NCBI GenBank assembly: GCA_016195275.1
Contig: JACPZZ010000001.1
Coordinates: forward strand, 3,046-67,045
Reading direction: 5' to 3'
Length of the DNA stretch: 64,000 nucleotides
From: Candidatus Aenigmatarchaeota archaeon
GTDB taxonomy: Archaea; Aenigmatarchaeota; Aenigmatarchaeia; JACPZZ01
Part shown: positions 10,273 to 16,888 of the stretch, one piece after another
Position numbering within the stretch: position 1 is the stretch's first letter
Layout of the letters: the number at the start of each line of letters is the position of its first letter
The notes under the pieces: generated by a model
What the model was told of the DNA's origin: nothing
Seen by the model: the letters and a program-made list of their open reading frames with translations, nothing else
Database searches by the model: none
Program-made: the position numbers and the translations under genes

Positions 10273-11556
10273 TTATTTCACAAACTCGTCCAGGCCTTTT
10301 TGCCCGGATTTTTGCACTTCCCGATCTCCGTCAAACAGCGGCACGCCGTAAACGCCGTCATAGCCTGGTTTGAATTTTAACAAACCGCTTCTTGACCGGA
10401 TTATCGCGCTTGCGATTTTTTCGTGCGTGATTTTTTTTAAGTCGGCTTCATCCACGTTCATCAGTACGTTTAATTCAGTGCCGAAGCGCGAGATTATTTT
10501 ATCATGCTCTTCTGTGACTTTTTTCGAGTATAACGCATTCACACCGGTCACGTGAGAGATTATCTCGTACAACGATAATAATGTTTTGAAAGGGATAGCG
10601 TTTTCCGGAATGAAACCTGCTGGCCTATCTGCCAGTTGTTCTACACGGCTAAGCACGCCTATGGTTAACCTTCGTTTGCAGCGCGGGCAAATCCCACTGA
10701 TTTTTTTTGTCTCTTCAGGTTCGAACGCAACATTGCAGTCCCTGTGCCCGTCGAAATGGTATTTTCCGTATTCCGGCGAAGTTTCAATTGTATACAGAAA
10801 TTTTTCTTTGTTCTTGCTTTTGATAGCATTATGTATTTCTTCGTAAGTCGGTCTTTCTAAATCAAATACGTTCGCCTCTCTTCCAAGCCTCCACGGGTTG
10901 GCACTATGAGCATCAGAGGAACTCAGTAATGCAAACCTGTCCAATTTCGATAGTCTCCAATTCATGGAAGGATCGCTACTGAGACCGGTTTCGATTGCAA
11001 ATATGTTTTTTGTCTGATCCTTGTAACACTCTTTTATCGAATCAAATCCTGTTTTGCTTCCCCCGCAACCAAAAAATGGGGTCCAGTAATGGGCTGGGTA
11101 AACGAATATGTCTTTGGATATGCCCATCAATATCTCGACCAATTCTGGTGACGGTAAGCCGTTAAGAATGGGCCGACCGTCAGAAGAAAGGCCGCCATAT
11201 TTTTCCAATTTTTCATTTATCTGACCCATTGTTTCAAAGTCTGGCACATGAAACAAATGGTGAACCTTTCGTATTTTGCCATCTTGCTCGTATATAGTGG
11301 ACACTTCAGCGGTTATTATCCAAAAAATCCCATTGTATAAATAAACGCCCCTGTTTTCTGGCGGCCCCAATTTTTGTTTCAAAATTTTAAACCATTCTGG
11401 GTGGGTTGCGTCTCCAGTTCCCATCAGATTTAAACCTTTCAGCGCTGCGCCTTTGCTTATTGCTTCTAGATCCATCTGAGGGCTGGTTGCACGGGAGTAT
11501 TTACTATGTATCTGGAAATCGCATATAACCTGCATAATCATCTGTTTACTATCCAA
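10273..11556 (-). CDS. Endonuclease Q-like PHP-domain nuclease with a Zn ribbon
   Basis: The N-terminus DFQIHSKYSRATSPQMDLEAISKGAALKGLNLMGTGDATHPEW matches the EndoQ/COG1379 signature. An internal CPRCKRRLTIGVLSRV forms the zinc ribbon. Confidence 0.7.
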   Translation of the reverse strand: MDSKQMIMQVICDFQIHSKYSRATSPQMDLEAISKGAALKGLNLMGTGDATHPEWFKILKQKLGPPENRGVYLYNGIFWIITAEVSTIYEQDGKIRKVHHLFHVPDFETMGQINEKLEKYGGLSSDGRPILNGLPSPELVEILMGISKDIFVYPAHYWTPFFGCGGSKTGFDSIKECYKDQTKNIFAIETGLSSDPSMNWRLSKLDRFALLSSSDAHSANPWRLGREANVFDLERPTYEEIHNAIKSKNKEKFLYTIETSPEYGKYHFDGHRDCNVAFEPEETKKISGICPRCKRRLTIGVLSRVEQLADRPAGFIPENAIPFKTLLSLYEIISHVTGVNALYSKKVTEEHDKIISRFGTELNVLMNVDEADLKKITHEKIASAIIRSRSGLLKFKPGYDGVYGVPLFDGDREVQKSGQKGLDEFVK

Positions 11557-11559
11557 TGT

Positions 11560-12450
11560 TTAAATTGCCAGGTTGTATTTTGCTGGGTAAAACCAGTTCC
11601 CATCAGATTTTACATCCTCTGTTTTGATAACGAAACCTTTTGAATTGTATTTATGCAACATGTTTCGTATATGGCCTATTTTTCTTCCTAATAGCGGTAC
11701 CAGATCATTTGCTGTGAAATATCCCTTTGACTCTTGGATACTTCTCATGGAGGAGAAATAAATTTCGTTCACATGTTTTCTAGGAAACATTGACAGCTTT
11801 TTCAGGCCCACCAATTTATTAAGTTTATTACGCTTTTTTATGTGGCGCAAATTCAACATTTCGTTTAAACGTTCCAACCTCTCGAAAGAATTAATCTGTA
11901 TCTGCCAGCTTTTCCTCCAGACCCCGTTGGCGTGGCGGTATCGTCCATGCTGGTAAACCGAGCATTCGATGCCTATTTTTGACAGCAGCGTTCTAATATC
12001 ACAAATTAAATTGGACTGGCTTTCGCCTTCGACCACACATAACTTTATTCTTATGTAGTTGGCGTGCATGTTTACGGTTCCCTCATCGTCGATGATCTGT
12101 GATAAGAACTCCGCTATCTTGCTTTTGTTTAAACTGAATATGAATCCCGGCACGTGTGGGTTGTTTTCGACCTTCCTTCCAGGAATTAGTCCTATGTTTT
12201 CCAGACCTTTACCATATCTTGTTTGGTAAATAGATACGATCTTAACATCAGAATTTTTTGATTTCCTTCTTATGCTATATTTTAAATCTTTTCCAAAAAC
12301 ATTTTTAGCGTCCTTAATAAATCCGTAGATTAACCTACTATTAGAATTTGCATAATATGTTCTTCTCAGCCTATCCAAACAACCGTCGCCTAAAATGGCC
12401 CCGATTAATCTGACACCGCTTGTCGTGGTGAAATCAAATTCCTTTGGCAT
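11560..12450 (-). CDS. free-standing LAGLIDADG homing-endonuclease-like protein with a C-terminal winged-helix-like region
   Basis: Two LAGLIDADG blocks: VRLIGAILGDGCLD and IAEFLSQIIDDEGTVN. 296 aa, lying 3 nt from the EndoQ start and 71 nt from the tRNA-Ile 3' end. Confidence 0.75.
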   Translation of the reverse strand: MPKEFDFTTTSGVRLIGAILGDGCLDRLRRTYYANSNSRLIYGFIKDAKNVFGKDLKYSIRRKSKNSDVKIVSIYQTRYGKGLENIGLIPGRKVENNPHVPGFIFSLNKSKIAEFLSQIIDDEGTVNMHANYIRIKLCVVEGESQSNLICDIRTLLSKIGIECSVYQHGRYRHANGVWRKSWQIQINSFERLERLNEMLNLRHIKKRNKLNKLVGLKKLSMFPRKHVNEIYFSSMRSIQESKGYFTANDLVPLLGRKIGHIRNMLHKYNSKGFVIKTEDVKSDGNWFYPAKYNLAI

Positions 12451-12503
12451 TAATTCAGTTTTAACAAACTAGTTCTTCGCTTTTTCGATAGCGATGTTCC
12501 GAT

Positions 12504-12517
12504 AAAAAAATAAAAAA
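12504..12517 (-). terminator. oligo-T archaeal terminator after tRNA-Ile
   Basis: The minus strand reads ...CGGGCCCA CTCA TTTTTT A TTTTTTT immediately after the discriminator base. Confidence 0.6.
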
Positions 12518-12521
12518 TGAG

Positions 12522-12824
12522 TGGGCCCGACCGGAGTTTCCAAGCCTTTCCCTTTCCTGAAGGCCAAGGGTTTTCTTTTACCTTAAGGCTTTTCTTTTTC
12601 AAAGACAATGAAAACCATAGGTTTTCATGCATAGGAAATCATAGATTTCCTATGAAAGGCTTATTCGAACCGGCGACCTACGGCGTCTACGCAGCTTGAT
12701 CCGCAACGCCTTTGCGTTGCGCGCCTTATAAGACATGCGAGTTAGGAAATTGAAACCGGTGCATCCACAATAGCGCCGGTTTCCAGCTACAACACGTCGC
12801 TCTACCAAGCTGAGCTACAGGCCC
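12522..12824 (-). tRNA. tRNA-Ile (anticodon UAU) interrupted by three introns: 12794..12735 (60 nt, 29/30), 12725..12685 (41 nt, 37/38 or 38/39) and 12663..12536 (128 nt, T-loop 59/60)
   Basis: Exons join to a 74-nt cloverleaf: GGGCCTG TA GCTC AGCTTGGTA GAGC G ACGGT CTTATAA GCCGT AGGTC GCCGG TTCGAAT CCGGT CGGGCCC A. Intron 1 has a clean BHB (GCGA|CG^T ... TCGC|AT^G). Intron 3 is closed by AAGCCTTT/AAAGGCTT. Exon plus intron lengths sum exactly to 303 nt. Confidence 0.65.
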
Positions 12825-12832
12825 ACTGTTAA

Positions 12833-13012
12833 CTGAAACATATGCTGTTTGTATGCATATGTTTCTAGTTACTACGACTGAAGCATACCGAGGAAACTGA
12901 AACATACCGATACAGTATACGGTATGTTTCTAGCAGCCTATGCTTCCAGCTTTACGATATGCTTCTAGCTACTGACTGAAACATGCGCTATTGGTATTGC
13001 GCATGTTTCCAG
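12833..13012. repeat. array of CTGAARCAT...ATGYTTCYAG hairpins, partly nested, upstream of tRNA-Ile
   Basis: Hairpins at 12833..12868, 12897..12933 (nested inside the outer stem 12878..12949) and 12976..13012. An unpaired half-copy, CGATATGCTTCTAG, lies at 12955..12968. A conserved tail YAGYTRCTACG follows the copies. Confidence 0.8.
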
Positions 13013-13061
13013 TTGCTACGCTTTAATGAATTTCCGTCGCAAGCTTAAAAAGGGTTTGCTG

Positions 13062-13916
13062 TTACAGTTCGTACTTCTTGGTGTAGAATTTTTCGCCCTT
13101 GTCCAGATTCCGAAGCGGTTCCGGGAACAACGCCTCCAAACGTCCGTGAATTGCCGGAGAGGCTGCGAGTATTCCAAGGTCAACTATGTCCCATGATTTT
13201 TTACCGAAATTTGTGATTTTTAGCCCGCTTTCCACGGCTATTAAAGAAGCTGCGGCGTGGTCGAATATTTCTGTTAAGCCGTGGACAGCCGCGTCTATGC
13301 GACCCTGCGCTACCCTGCAAACGTCAAGCGCGGGTGAGAAATTAACCAGGCATACGTTAACATTCTCCTCCAGCTTCAACAGTTCCTTACGGTGATACTG
13401 AAACGTGCAGCCGACCAGGCATTCTTCCGTGGGCTTTTCCTTCGCGCTTTTTCCGATCAGTTTCCCGTTAAAAAATGCGCCGCCGCCTTTCTCGGATGTA
13501 AACGTCTCCCCGGTCATCGGGTTATATACTACCCCTACCATAGACTTTCCATTTTCGACGAGTGCGATTGAAACCGAGAAGTTGGGTATTCCAAACGAGA
13601 ATGCGCGTGTGCCGTCGATCGGGTCGACGACCCAAGTTTTGTTTCCTTTTTTAAACCCGGTTTCCTCCCCCAGAAAACCGTAGTCTGGATATTTTTCCAT
13701 AAGAAATTTTTTGATTGCGTTTTCGGATTCCAGATCCGCGTCCGTGACGACGTCCTTAATGTTTTTTGTTTTTACCTTAGGATTGTTGAATCTCTCCGAA
13801 AGTATTTTTCCTGCGGTTTCCGCCGCTTTGACCGCATCGTCCAGATGTGAATTCATAACTATTTTCAGATTATCGAACTTAAAAGGAAGACGCGTCATTT
13901 CAAATGTATGAAACAC
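13062..13916 (-). CDS. suhB: inositol monophosphatase / fructose-1,6-bisphosphatase family protein
   Basis: Motifs GFLGEETG, WVVDPIDGTRAF and FDHAAASLI (equivalent to WDxAA) are typical of the IMPase/FBPase family. Confidence 0.85.
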   Translation of the reverse strand: MFHTFEMTRLPFKFDNLKIVMNSHLDDAVKAAETAGKILSERFNNPKVKTKNIKDVVTDADLESENAIKKFLMEKYPDYGFLGEETGFKKGNKTWVVDPIDGTRAFSFGIPNFSVSIALVENGKSMVGVVYNPMTGETFTSEKGGGAFFNGKLIGKSAKEKPTEECLVGCTFQYHRKELLKLEENVNVCLVNFSPALDVCRVAQGRIDAAVHGLTEIFDHAAASLIAVESGLKITNFGKKSWDIVDLGILAASPAIHGRLEALFPEPLRNLDKGEKFYTKKYEL

Positions 13917-14807
13917 GGCATCGTAGAGTCTGTTGAAGAGGAGTTTGAAAACGCGGATTATCGTGTAGCTGCGGCAAAAGGGCTTTTCGATATGGTCGCG
14001 GCTGGACGCAATTCGCTCACTGTCAAAATCCTTGCGAACATAGATTCTGCGACAATGGGTGGGGCGTTGCGGTTATCTGCGGCCGCGTCGTCGCTGGATA
14101 CTAGGCCTATTTTCGTAGGCGTAAAAACCAGGAAAGGTGTTATTGAGGATTCTGTTTATCACAGGTTTGGGGTGCCGGCCGTTTCTTTGGCCGGATTGAA
14201 GGAAATTCTTTGCAACAGGGCATTAAATTATGTAGAGAAGGGCGGATCTGTTGTTTATGTCGACGGAGAAAAAATGAGGCGGCGGCGCGAGGCGCTGGGC
14301 CTCTCGTTAGGCAACGTTTCAATGAGCGTCGGCGTTTCGAGGAAATCGATTGCCGAGTACGAGAAAGGGGGCCGCACACGCCCGGAAATTGCGGAACGCA
14401 TAGAAAACGTTCTTGGAATACCTGTAACTATGAATAAATCACATTCAGAAAACTACAACAACAGGCATGAAAGGCTTTACGGCCTGGAGGCGTTTGTTGA
14501 CAGGAAACTAAAAAAGCTTGGCTTTGACACCACACCCATATCAGGGTCTGTTTTTAATATTGCGGCGCGGCACGACGATGTAATACTGGCAAACGTTTCG
14601 GAAAGCGGAAGAAATTTCCGCAGAAACGCTGTCATGCTTCATGGCATAGCCGAAGTAACCGGGAAACGCGCTGTTTTGGTTTCTGCTAAGTCTTCAAAAA
14701 ATTCCCTGGAAGGCGTGCCTGTGATAACTAGGGAGGAGTTAAACGATGTAGACGGCATTGAGAATTTCGAGGACATAGTCGACGAAAAGTTAAGCGCCGA
14801 CCTGTGA
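13908..14807 (+). CDS. archaeal HTH (XRE-type) transcriptional regulator, COG1395-like
   Basis: The central segment RRRREALGLSLGNVSMSVGVSRKSIAEYEKGGRTRPEIAERIENVLG is an XRE helix-turn-helix. The roughly 300-aa architecture is typical of the archaeal family. Confidence 0.7.
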   Translation: MKHGIVESVEEEFENADYRVAAAKGLFDMVAAGRNSLTVKILANIDSATMGGALRLSAAASSLDTRPIFVGVKTRKGVIEDSVYHRFGVPAVSLAGLKEILCNRALNYVEKGGSVVYVDGEKMRRRREALGLSLGNVSMSVGVSRKSIAEYEKGGRTRPEIAERIENVLGIPVTMNKSHSENYNNRHERLYGLEAFVDRKLKKLGFDTTPISGSVFNIAARHDDVILANVSESGRNFRRNAVMLHGIAEVTGKRAVLVSAKSSKNSLEGVPVITREELNDVDGIENFEDIVDEKLSADL

Positions 14808-14812
14808 TTATT

Positions 14813-14965
14813 ATGAAAGGACAGATGGAAATTTTTATTATAGTTGCTTTTGTAATTTCTGCGCTGTTTTTTGTTCGTGGGGTTATTACAGGCGATATTT
14901 CTTCCAACCTTTTAGGCGGCGTTTTTGCAGGCATTCTCATATTGGCTTTGATGACGGGCGCGTAG
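14813..14965 (+). CDS. small hydrophobic protein (50 aa), hypothetical
   Basis: Read manually: MKGQMEIFIIVAFVISALFFVRGVITGDISSNLLGGVFAGILILALMTGA, with two predicted TM helices. It is below the ORF-track size cutoff. Confidence 0.3.
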   Translation: MKGQMEIFIIVAFVISALFFVRGVITGDISSNLLGGVFAGILILALMTGA

Positions 14966-15094
14966 AACAATGGTCGCATGGTTCTGTCTGATGTGCGGTT
15001 GTTTTGGTTGAAATGCTGTTTTTGTCAGGATGGGTTGCTAAAGCATAAAATTTATATACCACCTAAGGGTATAACGGTATATGGGTTAAATACT

Positions 15095-15253
15095 ATGACT
15101 AAAGAAAAAATCACCATTAGATGCGAGTGTGGCAAAAAGATTAGTGGTTTCAGCCAAAAACACTTGGGGTGGAACAAAATTATACACGATAAATTCTCTA
15201 TCCGTCACCAAGAAACCATGAAATTGCTCAAAGAGAAGGGGCTATCAAAATAG
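15095..15253 (+). CDS. small hypothetical protein (52 aa)
   Basis: The internal Met (MTKEKITIRCECGKK...) is preferred. An AT-rich TATA-like box, AAATTTATATACC, lies about 40 nt upstream. Confidence 0.3.
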   Translation: MTKEKITIRCECGKKISGFSQKHLGWNKIIHDKFSIRHQETMKLLKEKGLSK

Positions 15254-15269
15254 TAGGAATTGATTAGTT

Positions 15270-15572
15270 ATGATCAACGCCAACTGGAAGAAATCGCTTA
15301 AAAAATATCTTATAGAAATCGTTCCTCATGCTATGAAACGGTCTATCGAAAGAAACTTCTCAATCGACAAGCTAAGAAAACTTTTATTTATGGGAAGATG
15401 GTTCGATGACCCGAAAAATGCTGATAAACGGTATATATGTATCTGCAAAGACGGTGAAGATTACTGGACAATATGCTTTGAGGTTTCCCATCCAGTAATA
15501 TTTATAATTACCTTTATACCATCAGATAATAGGGAGAAGCGGGCATTCGATAAAAAAAGTGATACTTTATGA
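15270..15572 (+). CDS. putative toxin, DUF4258-like
   Basis: 100 aa. The segment VPHAMKRSIERNFSIDKLRKLL resembles the H-A-x-x-R-x-x-x-R motif of DUF4258 toxins. A 4-nt ATGA overlap links it to the following gene. Confidence 0.45.
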   Translation: MINANWKKSLKKYLIEIVPHAMKRSIERNFSIDKLRKLLFMGRWFDDPKNADKRYICICKDGEDYWTICFEVSHPVIFIITFIPSDNREKRAFDKKSDTL

Positions 15573-15799
15573 TAAACTGTCCTCAATGCAAACATGCTAT
15601 GAAAATGGAATATCGGCCAATGACATTTACTATTAATCCAAATATTATTGTGCAAGATGTGAAAACTAATGTGTGCGGACGCTGTGGCATGGATAGCGTT
15701 TCGCAGGATGAGTACGAATTAGTTAGAAAAAAAGTTCATCGTGTTGCAAAAGTTGGCGGAAATTCATTAGTAGTTACCTATCTACACAAAGCTAACTGA
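15569..15799 (+). CDS. putative antitoxin, YgiT/MqsA-type zinc-finger protein
   Basis: CPQCKHAM...VCGRCGMDSVSQDEY is a CxxC...CxxC YgiT-type finger. The last 22 nt overlap the convergent transposase gene. Confidence 0.5.
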   Translation: MINCPQCKHAMKMEYRPMTFTINPNIIVQDVKTNVCGRCGMDSVSQDEYELVRKKVHRVAKVGGNSLVVTYLHKAN

Positions 15800-16782
15800 T
15801 AGCTGATTTTCCTCAGCAGCCCCACCCACCTATTCCTTCCAAGTTCAAGATCTATCCCGGCCATGCTCGCTGGCGTCATCCTTAACGCCATGTGCGGACG
15901 GACGAAGTTGTAGTAATTGCGGAAACCAGTCGAGAAGACCGCCTCACCGCCCTTAAACCCTCGCATGACCTTATCCCGCTCTCGGAACGTGCCGTGAAAC
16001 CGCTCTACGAGGTTGTTGTCAGGCTTCTTGCGGATAGTTTCCAGCCGTATATGCTGAACGCCTTTTAGCCAGTATTTGTGGGTGTGATATTCGTCCTTTA
16101 ACGCCTGTTCATAGCTGTTCAGACCGTCCGTAACCACGAACTTTGGGACGGTTCCGGCTGTCTCTTTGGCGAACCTTAGAATTTGGCTCGCCTCGCCTAT
16201 TGTTCGTCCATTGGTTACGTTGTTGGCTATCAAAAATCGGGTCTTTTCGTCAACCATGTTCCAGACCCACTTCTCCCTGCCTTCGGACTTGATAGCCTGC
16301 TCGTCCAGATGCCACGCCTCGCTTAGCCTCGGTTTTGGGTCTTTGGTATATTCATTGATCTTCTCTGTGAATTTGGTTATCCATTGCCTGACTGTTTCGT
16401 GGCTTACGACAACACCGTAGAACTGTTTTAGCGTATCTGCGATCTCACGCAACGACAAACCTTTGTAATACAAATCCATAGCCAGCGTTGCTATCTTGCT
16501 GTCAACGCTCAAACGTGCAAAAATGCTGTCTTTGATAAAGGTCTTTTTGCAGTCGAGACATTGAAACCTCTGCTTAACGCCGTTGGCTGTTTTCCTGTTG
16601 CCGTTTTTCTTGACGTTAACGGATTTGCAGTATTCACATTTCGTTTTATCCTCATCCGCAAACGGTATTGTGCTGTCGTCAACCTTAACCCTCATTTTCA
16701 GCAGAAATTCGACTGCGTGAATGTGCTTACATTTTTCTTTCCTATGAACGAAATCGGGATTTTGCTTGATTTTGTTATTCAT
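15778..16782 (-). mobile_element. DDE transposase gene (IS6/IS240-like, with an N-terminal zinc finger); IS boundaries not resolved
   Basis: 334 aa. Zn-finger CEYCKS...CLDCKK. Catalytic-core-like WHLDEQAIK...VVTDGLNSY...NNLVERFHGTFRERDK...YNFVRPHMAL. No convincing terminal inverted repeats found by eye. Confidence 0.75.
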
Positions 16783-16815
16783 TTTTTTACTCCACCATAT
16801 CTCTATATACTATAT

Positions 16816-16859
16816 AGTATATATACCCATTGGTATATATACTTACTGGTATATATACT
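16816..16859. promoter_or_regulatory. three copies of GGTATATATACT (one inverted, two direct) in the divergent transposase/ATPase intergenic region
   Basis: AGTATATATACC-catt-GGTATATATACT (a perfect 12-bp palindrome, 16816..16843), then tact-GGTATATATACT (16848..16859). Confidence 0.5.
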
Positions 16860-16888
16860 TGTAAGTTAATAATTTATGTTGATGCTAT

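Noticed and set aside
10273-12450. The possibility that EndoQ and the LAGLIDADG ORF form one intein-containing gene.
   Set aside because: The LAGLIDADG ORF has its own start and stop, lacks the intein splicing blocks, and the EndoQ N-terminus is complete.
12450-12699. 60-aa ORFs on both strands (12450..12632 minus, 12517..12699 plus).
   Set aside because: They lie entirely within the tRNA-Ile T-loop intron, exon and terminator region. The sequence is better explained by the tRNA and the hairpin repeat.
12833-13012. A possible CRISPR array, suggested by the repeated GAAAC/GTTTC-containing units.
   Set aside because: There is no constant-length direct repeat or spacer periodicity. The units are self-complementary hairpins with variable inner stems, some are nested, and no cas genes lie nearby.
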